A stretch of 64,000 nucleotides of DNA, from assembly GCA_039817245.1 (NCBI GenBank), contig JBCBWF010000001.1:317-64316 (forward strand), given 5' to 3'. The DNA comes from Pseudomonadota bacterium. GTDB taxonomy: Bacteria; Pseudomonadota; Alphaproteobacteria; Rhodobacterales; Rhodobacteraceae. Shown here in pieces: positions 16,436-25,191 of this stretch. Below the pieces are notes generated by a model, which was not told the origin of the DNA, searched no databases, and was given only the letters and a program-made list of their open reading frames with translations. Position 1 is the first letter of the stretch. Each line of letters begins with the position of its first letter. The position numbers were made by a program, and so were the translations under genes.

Positions 16436-17419
16436 TCAGGCGGCTTCGAGCCGCCGGGTCGTGCCGTCCCCGCGCGGCACGATCCACACCTCGTCATAGG
16501 GGTAATCCGCCTCGGAGCCGGCGCGGAGCTTCCGGATCACCTCGATCTGGAACTCGATCCAGCCCATCGCGTAGGGCTCGGCACCCGCGCCGCGCATGGC
16601 GGCATCGAGCTCGGCGAGCCGCCAGAAGGGCACCGCCGGGAAGCTGTGATGCGCGGTATGATAGGGCATCTGCCAGCAGAGCCACCGCATCAGCGCGTTG
16701 GTGCGCGTCGTGCGCGTGTTCTTCAGGATATCGTTCTCGTGGCTCAGGCCGAGATGCTCGATGGTGTTCTGCAGCTGGTGCACGAACTTCATCGCCATCA
16801 TCGGCGCGAGCCACAGGATCACCGCGGCCCAGCTCTGCAGCGCGATCGAGGCGAGAGCGATGAGCGCGTAGAGCGCGACATGGATACGCGCCTCGCGGAT
16901 CACCAGCGCATGCTCGTCCGGCCGCACATAGGGCTCCGCCACGATCCCTCGGCTGAGCCGCACCAGCCGGGAGACGCGCGAATACCAGTAGGTCGGGCCC
17001 CAGAACCAGAGCAGGTAGCTCGTCAGCGTATACGGCTCGCGCACCAGCTCGCCGTCCTTCTCCCAGTCCTGCGTGTGCTGGTGGTGCGCCCAGTGCTGGA
17101 TCTTGTCGAAGTCCCGCGGGTAGAGCATCAGAAAGCCGATGATCCGGCCGAAGAGGGTGTTGGGCCATTTCGTGCGGAACACGGTGCCGTGGGACAGCTC
17201 ATGCTGGCCGGCGTAGAGGAAGTTGAGCAGCACCCCGTGGATCGCGAAGACCGGGACCGCCCACCAGCTGCCCCATGTCAGCCAGAGCGCCGTGCCCGAG
17301 AGTGCGAGGGCCGCGATATGCGAGCCGAGCTGCAGCGCGCCCCGGAAATCGGAGCGCTGCATCAGCGCACGAAGGGCGGCGGGCTCAAGAAGACGGCGGC
17401 GGCTGAATGTGGCGTCCAT
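16436..17419 (-). CDS. Membrane fatty-acid-desaturase-family di-iron oxygenase (MocD-like)
   Basis: Three His boxes: HELSH, HWAHHQH, YHTAHH; TM segments; GAGG RBS before MDATFSRR. Confidence 0.85.
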   Translation of the reverse strand: MDATFSRRRLLEPAALRALMQRSDFRGALQLGSHIAALALSGTALWLTWGSWWAVPVFAIHGVLLNFLYAGQHELSHGTVFRTKWPNTLFGRIIGFLMLYPRDFDKIQHWAHHQHTQDWEKDGELVREPYTLTSYLLWFWGPTYWYSRVSRLVRLSRGIVAEPYVRPDEHALVIREARIHVALYALIALASIALQSWAAVILWLAPMMAMKFVHQLQNTIEHLGLSHENDILKNTRTTRTNALMRWLCWQMPYHTAHHSFPAVPFWRLAELDAAMRGAGAEPYAMGWIEFQIEVIRKLRAGSEADYPYDEVWIVPRGDGTTRRLEAA

Positions 17420-17605
17420 GACGTTCCTCACAGCGAGTTTGCACCGCACCACGCTATCCGCGCCGACGGGGCATGAACAGTGCCGCTACGGGACAATCGA
17501 GGCAGGGATCGACGCTTTTCCGCCTCGCGCGATCATGGCAGAAGTGTGGCGGCCCTTATGCTTGGGCCGCTTGCAATGACAGGGACACCGATCCGCGAGC
17601 GAACG

Positions 17606-19120
17606 ATGCCGATGCACCGTCTGACCGCCCTCGCTCTCAGCCTCGTCGCGTTCCTCGCGGCGCTGCCCGCTTTGGCGGAGTGGCGCGCACCGTCGCGCCC
17701 GGATGCGATCGCCGTCATCATCGGCAATCGCGGGTATGCGGCCGAGGGCGGCGGGGTGCCGGATGTGCTCTACGCCCACAACGACGCGGAGGCCTTCCGG
17801 CGCTTCATGATCGATGTGATGGGGCTGCGCGAGGCGAACATTCTCGACTATCGCGATGCGCGCGCCATCGACCTCCTCGAGATCTTCGGCACGGAGCGCG
17901 ACCATAAGGGCCGGCTCTACTACACGGTGCGCGAGGGCGAGAGCGAGGTCTATGTGTTCTATTCGGGCCACGGGGTGCCCGACATCCGGGACACGGAGGC
18001 GACGGGATACCTGCTGCCCGTCGATGCGCGCGCCGACCGGCCGACGCTCGGCGGCTACCCGCTCGATCTGCTGCTTGCCAATCTCGAGAAGCTGCCGGTG
18101 CCGGATGTGATGGTGTTTCTCGACGCCTGCTTCTCCGGGCTCTCCCAGGGCGGGACGCTGGTCCGGGGCGTCTCGGCCGGCTTCGGCGTGGCCGTGGCGG
18201 CGCCGAAGCTCAAGGCGAATGTCACGGTGCTTGCGGCGACGGCGTTCGACACGCCGCAATACGCTCACTGGCTCACGGAGGAAGAGCACGGCGCCTTCAC
18301 CTACTACACGCTCGAAGCGCTCTATGGCGCGGCGGACGATCCGCTTTATGGCGCGGCGGACGGGCGCGTGAGCCTATCGGAGGTCGAGGCCTATCTGCGG
18401 CGCGAGATGAGCTATCGCGTGCGCCGCAGCTATTTCCGCGAGCAGACGCCGAGCCTCAGCCGGGGCTCGGCGAGCGAACGCGTGCTGGTGGCGAGCGTGG
18501 ACAACAGCTGGCCGTTCTTCGGGGACCCGCCCCCGGCGGAGGTGGAGGAGCCGCCTGCGCCGCAGGTCGCCGCCATCGAACCCGCGGCAGCCGTGCCGGC
18601 AGAGCCCGATATCGTGGTCGTGCCGGGCCCTGTTCCCGGAACCCTGCAGCAGTCCAGCCCTGTCCCGGAAGCCGGGATCGACGCGCCCGAGGAAGAGACC
18701 GGGCCGACGGAGGCGACGGAGAGCGTGCTCGGGCTCAATCGCAGCCAGCGGCGCGAGGTACAGCGCCGGCTGAGCCTTCTCGGCCACGATCCGCGCGGGA
18801 TCGACGGGATCTTCGGGCCGGGCACCCGCGGCGCGATCACCGCTTGGCAGAAGAAGCAGGATCTGACGGCCACCGGCTATCTCGATGCCGCGCATCTCAA
18901 GGCGCTCGTGGAAGACAGCAAGACGGCCTATGACCGCTGGCGCAAGCAGGCCGCCCGCAGCACCACCACACGTCGGCGGAGCAACGCCCGGTCGCAGCCT
19001 GCGGCCAGCGAGCCGGCGCCCGCGCAGCCGAGGCGCACGGGGCGCTACATCGATGCGGCTGGCTGTCTGCGCGAGGCGAACGGCGCGATCGTGCCGGGCT
19101 TCAAGCCCTCCTGCGGGTAG
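17606..19120 (+). CDS. Secreted caspase-family (peptidase C14) protein with C-terminal peptidoglycan-binding domain
   Basis: Signal peptide (LALSLVAFLAALPALA-EW), AVIIGN, YSGHG and LDACFSG dyad, Pro/Glu/Ala linker, PG-binding motif QRRLSLLGHDPRGIDGIFGPGTRGAI. Confidence 0.85.
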   Translation: MPMHRLTALALSLVAFLAALPALAEWRAPSRPDAIAVIIGNRGYAAEGGGVPDVLYAHNDAEAFRRFMIDVMGLREANILDYRDARAIDLLEIFGTERDHKGRLYYTVREGESEVYVFYSGHGVPDIRDTEATGYLLPVDARADRPTLGGYPLDLLLANLEKLPVPDVMVFLDACFSGLSQGGTLVRGVSAGFGVAVAAPKLKANVTVLAATAFDTPQYAHWLTEEEHGAFTYYTLEALYGAADDPLYGAADGRVSLSEVEAYLRREMSYRVRRSYFREQTPSLSRGSASERVLVASVDNSWPFFGDPPPAEVEEPPAPQVAAIEPAAAVPAEPDIVVVPGPVPGTLQQSSPVPEAGIDAPEEETGPTEATESVLGLNRSQRREVQRRLSLLGHDPRGIDGIFGPGTRGAITAWQKKQDLTATGYLDAAHLKALVEDSKTAYDRWRKQAARSTTTRRRSNARSQPAASEPAPAQPRRTGRYIDAAGCLREANGAIVPGFKPSCG

Positions 19121-19128
19121 CGCCGGCG

Positions 19129-20199
19129 TCAGGACCGCTCGGGCAGCCCGCCCTCGACCAGCACGTAGAGCCCGATCCGCGCACCGGCGAAGATCGAGAG
19201 GATCACGAGCGGCGCGCTCGCGCTCAGCACCGAGAGTGCCGAGAGCCCCTGCCCCACCGAGCAGCCCACGGCGAGCACCCCGCCCACACCCATGAGCGCC
19301 GCCCCTGCGAGCTGGCGGCGCAGCTCACGCGCATCGTCGCAGGCCTCCCAGCGAAACTCGGCACGCCAGAGCGCGCCGAGCGCCGAACCGAGGCAGACGC
19401 CGATGACCGCAGCCACCGAAAAGTCGACGATGTCTCCCAGATGGCCTGTCATCACCGAGAACACCGTCTCGCCGAGCGGGGCGACGAAGCTGAACCCCTC
19501 CATGCCGACCGCGCCGAAACTCTGCTGACCGGCAAGCGCGGTCGCGGCCCAGGCGAAGGCGACGGCGCCGCCGGCTGCGGCTCCCCAGCCGAGCGGTGTC
19601 CAAGGGCCCGCATCACCGCGGCGCATGAGCTGCGGGCCGAGCGCGAGGCAGGCAAAACCCGCGGCAATGAGCAGCGAAGGCAGCAGCGTGCCCGTGCCGA
19701 GCTCCGCGTCGACCCATTCCGCGATGCTCGGCTGCGGCGCGGCCAGAGTTTCGGCAGGGGTGAGTGCGAGCCGAAGCGGGGCGAGCACGCCGTGGATCGT
19801 GGCATAGCCTGCCACCGCGATGACGATGAGCATGACGAGTGCGCGCAGATCCCCGCCGCCGAGCCGGGCCAGCGCCCCGAAGCCGCAGGTTCCGACCTGC
19901 GCCATTCCGTAGCCGAAGATCAGCCCGCCTAGCACGACCGACAGGGGCGACCAGCCCTGGCGGAGATAGAGGGTGGCCGCCGGATCGATCACGCCCGTCG
20001 CCGAGAGCAGCGCGGTCACCGCAACGGCCACTGCGGCTGCCATGGCGAGCATGCGCAGCCGGGTCAGATCGCCGCCATAGACCGCGTCCTCGACCGCGCC
20101 CATCATGCAGAACCGGCCGAGCCGGGCCGCGAGGCCGAGGACACCGCCTCCGACCAGACCCGCAATCGCGGCAAGGGCCGCGCCATCCAGCGCCATCAT
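19129..20199 (-). CDS. soxT: YeeE/YedE-family sulfur-compound transporter (SoxT)
   Basis: GRFCMMG, GTCGFG and GCSVGQG cysteine motifs; directly downstream of soxR. Confidence 0.82.
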   Translation of the reverse strand: MMALDGAALAAIAGLVGGGVLGLAARLGRFCMMGAVEDAVYGGDLTRLRMLAMAAAVAVAVTALLSATGVIDPAATLYLRQGWSPLSVVLGGLIFGYGMAQVGTCGFGALARLGGGDLRALVMLIVIAVAGYATIHGVLAPLRLALTPAETLAAPQPSIAEWVDAELGTGTLLPSLLIAAGFACLALGPQLMRRGDAGPWTPLGWGAAAGGAVAFAWAATALAGQQSFGAVGMEGFSFVAPLGETVFSVMTGHLGDIVDFSVAAVIGVCLGSALGALWRAEFRWEACDDARELRRQLAGAALMGVGGVLAVGCSVGQGLSALSVLSASAPLVILSIFAGARIGLYVLVEGGLPERS

Positions 20200-20282
20200 C
20201 GTGGCGTCCTCCCGGGTTTTCCCCGAGCGTATCTATGACGGACCGTTGCAATCAAGTTCGCTGAGGCCGCCCGTTGCCGCAC

Positions 20283-20633
20283 CTAGCGCTCGGCAGCGCC
20301 GTCCTCGTTGCAGAACATATCGTAGACGATCTCGATCATGCGCCGGGCGCGACCGTCCGCGAGGCTGTAATAGATCGTCTTGCCCTCGCGCCGGCTCTCC
20401 ACCAGCCCCTCCAGGCGGAGCCGCGCGAGCTGCTGGCTCACGGCGGCCTGGCGCTGCGAGAGGAGCTGCTCGAGCTCGGTCACCGAACGCTCACCCGCTG
20501 CGAGGTGACAGAGGATCATCAGCCGCCCCTCGTGGGCCAGGGCCTTCAGAAAGTCCGTCGCGTTCCGGGCGTTCTGCATCATCCGGTTCATCTCGGCCTC
20601 GTCGAGACCGTCGTCGAGCACGGGCAGGGGCAT
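20283..20633 (-). CDS. soxR: ArsR/SmtB-family sulfane-sulfur-responsive repressor
   Basis: LKALAHEGRLMILCHL, wHTH AVSQQLARLR, C-terminal FC; the two Cys match the BigR/SqrR type; sox context. Confidence 0.88.
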   Translation of the reverse strand: MPLPVLDDGLDEAEMNRMMQNARNATDFLKALAHEGRLMILCHLAAGERSVTELEQLLSQRQAAVSQQLARLRLEGLVESRREGKTIYYSLADGRARRMIEIVYDMFCNEDGAAER

Positions 20634-20901
20634 AGCGCGGCAGGACCTTTCGGTTCAGACGTCGAGAGTTGCGGCGACCGCGTGGATGCCGACCGTGGCA
20701 CCTCGGTTATCCATCGCCGCTGCGCGAATGCCGGCACGAGCGACGCTGCCGGTCCCGGAGCCGCGGGGACGGCACTGCGCGCCAGTGCCGGGACCGCCCA
20801 GTATGTCCCGAAAGCCGCGCGCAAAATCCCCAGTTGCGACGCGCCCGTCAAGCGTCCGCCTCCGCGCGCCAGGGCTTCTCCCCGATCTGCAGCTCATCGC
20901 G

Positions 20902-21288
20902 TCATCCTTCCGTCTTCGCCGCGCGCGCGATCAGGCTGCGGAGCATGGGATAGAAGAAGTCCTCGCCCGGATAACCTTCGATCCGCCCGATCTCCCGGCC
21001 GCTGGCCAGAAGCACGAAGGTCGGCGTGTAGTGCACCCGCCGCGCCAACGTCACGTCCTCCGGCAAGGGCGCGTGCAGGCGCGCTCGGCGCAGCGGCGCC
21101 AGCTTCCCCTCATCAGTGAGATGGTAGATCTCGCCCACCTCCATCTCCCACATCTCGCACCATTCGCAGGCCTGCTGGTCGAGCATCAGCAGTTGCAGCT
21201 TCTCCCCCGCCGGAGCGGGTGCCGGCACCAGGAGCGTGGAGAGCGCGAGGAACAGGGCCGCTATTGCGGCACGACGCGGCTTCGACAT
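20902..21288 (-). CDS. soxS: Periplasmic thioredoxin-like protein
   Basis: Signal peptide, CEWC, YTPTFVL, RIEGYPG; divergent from soxV. Confidence 0.85.
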   Translation of the reverse strand: MSKPRRAAIAALFLALSTLLVPAPAPAGEKLQLLMLDQQACEWCEMWEMEVGEIYHLTDEGKLAPLRRARLHAPLPEDVTLARRVHYTPTFVLLASGREIGRIEGYPGEDFFYPMLRSLIARAAKTEG

Positions 21289-21422
21289 CGGTTCCCATCC
21301 TTCCATCTGCCCGCGCACTGTCATCCGTCCTGCCGCGTGCTTCACGCTTGCACAGATGGCGGCACAGATATATAAAAAGATGAATATGATGATATAACAA
21401 GACTGCCCGGGATGGAAGCGCG

Positions 21423-22154
21423 ATGGGCTTCGACATCACCTATGCCGGCGCGGCGCTGGCGGGGCTGCTTTCCTTTGCCTCGCCCTGCGTGCTGCCGATC
21501 GTGCCGCCCTATCTCTGTTTCCTCGCGGGTGTGAGCCTCGAGGAATTGACAGAGCGGGGCGAGCGGCCAGCCGGGGCCGAGCGGCGGGTCGTGCTCGCAG
21601 CGCTGCTCTTCGCGCTGGGCTTCGCCACGGTCTTCGTGGCGCTCGGCGCGACGGCGACGACGATCGGCCAGGCCGTGAGCCGGCATTTCGACATCCTGCG
21701 CTGGATCGCCGGTGGGGTGATCCTGCTGATGGGTCTCCATTTCCTCGGCATCCTGCGCATCGGTTTTCTCTATCGGCAGGCGCAGATCGAGGTGGAGGCA
21801 CGCCCCGCCTCCCTCTTCGGCGCCTATCTCGTCGGGCTTGCCTTCGGCTTCGGGTGGACGCCCTGCGTCGGCCCGGTGCTGGCCGCGATCCTCTTCACCG
21901 CCGCGGGACAGGATACCGCGCTGGAGGGCGGCCTGCTCCTCGGCGCCTATGCCGCCGGCATGGGCCTGCCCTTCGTGCTGGCCGCCTTCTTCGCACGGCC
22001 GTTCATGGGGCTCATGCGCCGCGGGCGGCGGTATATGGGCCATGTGGAGAAGGCGATGGGCGGGATGCTCGTCGTCACCGGCCTGCTCTTCATCACCAAC
22101 ACGATCCCCGACATCGCCAACTGGATGATCCAATACGTGCCCGCGGCCGGCTGA
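21423..22154 (+). CDS. soxV: CcdA/DsbD-family disulfide transporter
   Basis: SFASPCVLP and WTPCVGP motifs. Confidence 0.9.
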   Translation: MGFDITYAGAALAGLLSFASPCVLPIVPPYLCFLAGVSLEELTERGERPAGAERRVVLAALLFALGFATVFVALGATATTIGQAVSRHFDILRWIAGGVILLMGLHFLGILRIGFLYRQAQIEVEARPASLFGAYLVGLAFGFGWTPCVGPVLAAILFTAAGQDTALEGGLLLGAYAAGMGLPFVLAAFFARPFMGLMRRGRRYMGHVEKAMGGMLVVTGLLFITNTIPDIANWMIQYVPAAG

Positions 22155-22199
22155 AGCCTCCGCTCAGACGCTCAGGGGCACGACACAGGGAGGACTGCC

Positions 22200-22778
22200 A
22201 TGCTCACCCGCCTCGCCCTCGCGGCCTTCGCCCTCGGTCTCATCGTCGCAGCCCCCGCCGCATCAGAGCCGGCTCCTGGTGCGCTGCACCATAAGGACTG
22301 GTTCGCCGTGACCTTCAAGGATGTGCGCGAGGACATCGAAGACGCGGCAGCTGACGGCAAACGCCTCGCGATCATCATTGAACAACATGGCTGCATCTAC
22401 TGTCGCAAATTGCACGAAGAGGTGCTCTCCGACCCGGAAGTCGCCGATTACATCATCGAGAACTTCGTGGTCGTGCAGATCAATATGTTCGGGGACGAGG
22501 ACGTCACCGATCTCGACGGCGAGAGCATGACCGAACGTGAGGCGGTGCGCCGCTGGGCCGTCGCCTTCACGCCCACTGTCATCTTCCTGCCCGAGGAAGC
22601 CCCTGAGGGCGTTACGGTTTCCGAAGCAGCGGTGCAGGTGATGCCGGGCGCTTTCGGCAAATGGACGACGCTCGACATGTTCCGCTGGGTGCGGCTCAAG
22701 GGCTATGAGGGCGACGAGCACTTCCAGAAATTCCATGCGCGGACCATCGAGGAGCTGCGCGCGGCGGGTCGGCTCTGA
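22200..22778 (+). CDS. soxW: Periplasmic thioredoxin
   Basis: Signal peptide, GCIYC, FTPT; lies between soxV and soxX. Confidence 0.88.
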   Translation: MLTRLALAAFALGLIVAAPAASEPAPGALHHKDWFAVTFKDVREDIEDAAADGKRLAIIIEQHGCIYCRKLHEEVLSDPEVADYIIENFVVVQINMFGDEDVTDLDGESMTEREAVRRWAVAFTPTVIFLPEEAPEGVTVSEAAVQVMPGAFGKWTTLDMFRWVRLKGYEGDEHFQKFHARTIEELRAAGRL

Positions 22779-22901
22779 GCGCTCCGCCCTGCTCTCATTT
22801 CGCAACTGCAAAACATTCCAGAATATGAATTTGTTGTTGCGTGGGCTTTCTGTCTGATGCAACCTCATTCCAACAACAAACTGCGCTTTGGGAGGACGAG
22901 A
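22779..22901 (+). promoter_or_regulatory. AT-rich soxW-soxX intergenic promoter region, probable SoxR target
   Basis: Local AT richness, ATTC-N8-GAAT dyad, 10-bp inverted repeat at 22830-22839/22871-22880. SoxR binding in this interval is known in other alphaproteobacteria. Confidence 0.5.
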
Positions 22902-23360
22902 ATGAAACACATCGCCAGCGCGCTTGCGGCCATGGCCCTGCTCGTTTCGGGCGCCACCGCGAGCACGGAGACGGCGCCCGGCGACGTGCGGATCGTCGAC
23001 GGTGTCATCGAGACGCCACTTACCGCGACCCCCGGCGACCCGGAGAAGGGCCGTCAGTGGTTCGCGGGGCGCAAGCTCGGGAACTGTCTCGCCTGCCACG
23101 TGAACGCCGATCTGAAGAACCAGCCTTTCCACGGCGAGGTCGGCCCGGCGCTGGACGGCGTGGCAGAGCGGTGGTCCGAGGCGGAGCTTCGCGCGATCGT
23201 CGTCAACTCCAAGGCGGTGTTCGGCGACGCGACGATCATGCCCGCCTTCTACCGCGACAGCGGATACACCCGGCCGCTTTCCGATTTCGACGGCAAGACG
23301 ATCCTCTCGGCCCAGCAGGTCGAGGATATCGTCGCCTACCTGAAAACCCTGAAGGAGTGA
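22902..23360 (+). CDS. soxX: SoxAX cytochrome c subunit X
   Basis: GNCLACH, GEVGPAL, TIMPAFY; GGAGG RBS. Confidence 0.93.
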   Translation: MKHIASALAAMALLVSGATASTETAPGDVRIVDGVIETPLTATPGDPEKGRQWFAGRKLGNCLACHVNADLKNQPFHGEVGPALDGVAERWSEAELRAIVVNSKAVFGDATIMPAFYRDSGYTRPLSDFDGKTILSAQQVEDIVAYLKTLKE

Positions 23361-23386
23361 GGCCGACCGGCCTACGAGGAGGTTCG

Positions 23387-23821
23387 ATGCTCTACACCAG
23401 ACGAGATCTCTGCCGCTATGGCGCAGCGCTCGCCGCCCTCGCCGCCGCGGGCCCGTCGCTCTCCTGGGCGTCCGAGGGCGAGGATGCGGTGAAGGCCGCG
23501 ATCATGGCGTTCACCGGCGGCGTGATGCCGGCGGAGGGCGGCGTCGAAATCGGCGCGCCCGAGATCGCCGAGAACGGCAGCACCGTGCCCGTGCAGGTGG
23601 CCGCAGAGGGCGCCAGCTCGATCCTGCTGCTCGCCTCGCGCAACCCGAACCCGGATGTCGCGACCTTCCACTTCGGCGCGCTCGCCGGCTCGTCCTTCGC
23701 TTCCACCCGCATCCGGCTGGCCGAGACGCAGGATCTGGTCGCGGTTGCCAAGATGGCGGACGGATCGTTCCAGATGGCCTCGCGCAACGTGAAGGTCACC
23801 ATTGGCGGCTGCGGCGGCTGA
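23387..23821 (+). CDS. soxY: Sulfur carrier protein
   Basis: Tat motif TRRDL, PEIAENG, C-terminal VKVTIGGCGG. Confidence 0.95.
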   Translation: MLYTRRDLCRYGAALAALAAAGPSLSWASEGEDAVKAAIMAFTGGVMPAEGGVEIGAPEIAENGSTVPVQVAAEGASSILLLASRNPNPDVATFHFGALAGSSFASTRIRLAETQDLVAVAKMADGSFQMASRNVKVTIGGCGG

Positions 23822-23847
23822 GCTGAGTATAACCGGAGGACAATTCC

Positions 23848-24177
23848 ATGGCGAAAGTTAAGCCCCGCGTGAAGGTCCCGAAAAAGGCCGATGCCGGCGA
23901 AGTGGTGACCATCAAGACGCTGATCAGCCATCCGATGGAGTCGGGTCAGCGCAAGGACCGCAAGACCGGCGAGACCATTCCGCGCAAGATCATCAACAAG
24001 TTCGCAGCGCGCTTTAACGGCGAGCTGGTGATCGAGACTGACATCGCGCCGGCGGTCTCTGCCAACCCGTACTTCCAGTTCGAGCTCAAGGTGCCGGAGA
24101 GCGGTACGCTGAGCTTCGAGTGGACGGACGATGACGGCAGCGTCTACTCGACCGAAAAGAAAATAACGGTCGGCTGA
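23848..24177 (+). CDS. soxZ: Sulfur carrier partner
   Basis: LISHPMESGQRKD, SANPY, WTDDDG. Confidence 0.95.
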   Translation: MAKVKPRVKVPKKADAGEVVTIKTLISHPMESGQRKDRKTGETIPRKIINKFAARFNGELVIETDIAPAVSANPYFQFELKVPESGTLSFEWTDDDGSVYSTEKKITVG

Positions 24178-24205
24178 CGCATCGGTGCCCACGGGGAGGA
24201 ACACA

Positions 24206-25054
24206 ATGATGAGAATTGCGATGCTGGCGGCGACCGCGTTGGCCACGGCATGGGGCGTGGTCGCGCTGGCCGGCCCCGGCCCGGACAACGATGCGCTGGT
24301 CATCGATGGCGAGACGCTGGTCACGGAGGTCAAGGCAGACGACAGCCTGCCTTTCGACACCATCTATTCCGGCTGGCGTTTCCGTTCTGACGAGACGCAG
24401 GCGCTCGCGCAGGACGACTTCGAGAACCCCGCCATGGTGGCGGTGGACTATGCACTCGAGATCTGGGAGACCGCCGCCGGCAGCTCGCAGAAATCCTGCG
24501 CCGACTGCCACGGCGATGTGGAGAGCTTCGAGGGTCTGCGCGCGAACATGCCCCGCTGGAACGAGGCCGCCGGGGAGCCCTGGGCACTGGAGGACTGGAT
24601 CAACTGGTCCATCACCGAGCATCAGGGCGCCGAGAAGTGGAAGTGGGAGAGCCCGGAGATGCTCGCCATGACCGCACTTGTCGGCCTTCAGTCCCGCGGC
24701 ATGCCGATGACCGTGCAGACCGACGGGCCGATGGCCGAGTGGGTCGAGCGTGGCAAGGAACTCTACTACACGCGGGTCGGCCAGCTCGACATGGCCTGCA
24801 GCCAGTGCCACGAAGACAATTACGGCAACATGATCCGGGCCGATCACCTGTCGCAGGGCAATGTGAACGGGTTCCCGACCTACCGGTTCAAGTGGCAGGG
24901 CCTCGGCTCGCTGCATCGCCGCTTCTCCGGCTGCATGAAGAACATCCGCGCGCAACCCTACAAGCGCGGGTCGGATGAGTTCACGGCGCTCGAGATCTAT
25001 CTCGTGTCGCGCGGCGCAGGCCTCTCGATCGAGACGCCGGCCGTCCGGAACTGA
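24206..25054 (+). CDS. soxA: Dihaem SoxA, L-cysteine S-thiosulfotransferase
   Basis: Two haem motifs CADCH and CSQCH, HLSQG, FPTYR, RFSGC. Confidence 0.95.
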   Translation: MMRIAMLAATALATAWGVVALAGPGPDNDALVIDGETLVTEVKADDSLPFDTIYSGWRFRSDETQALAQDDFENPAMVAVDYALEIWETAAGSSQKSCADCHGDVESFEGLRANMPRWNEAAGEPWALEDWINWSITEHQGAEKWKWESPEMLAMTALVGLQSRGMPMTVQTDGPMAEWVERGKELYYTRVGQLDMACSQCHEDNYGNMIRADHLSQGNVNGFPTYRFKWQGLGSLHRRFSGCMKNIRAQPYKRGSDEFTALEIYLVSRGAGLSIETPAVRN

Positions 25055-25056
25055 TT

Positions 25057-25081
25057 GCAGGGGCCCTAAGAGGGCCCCTGC
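25057..25081 (+). other. GC-rich stem-loop immediately after the soxA stop
   Basis: GCAGGGGCCC-TAAGA-GGGCCCCTGC, a perfect 10-bp stem with no U-tract. Confidence 0.6.
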
Positions 25082-25191
25082 CCCGCCTCCCTCCACGGCG
25101 TCGGAGGCACCATCGACAGACAGATGCGCGCTCGCTCGACGAGCGCAGGGCGCTGGCGTGAGCCGCGCGCCGAGAGAGGAGGCTTGCCCCG

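Noticed and set aside
20634-20901. Possible small gene in the 268-bp soxS-soxR spacer
   Set aside because: Candidate ORFs lack an RBS, protein-like composition or a recognisable motif.
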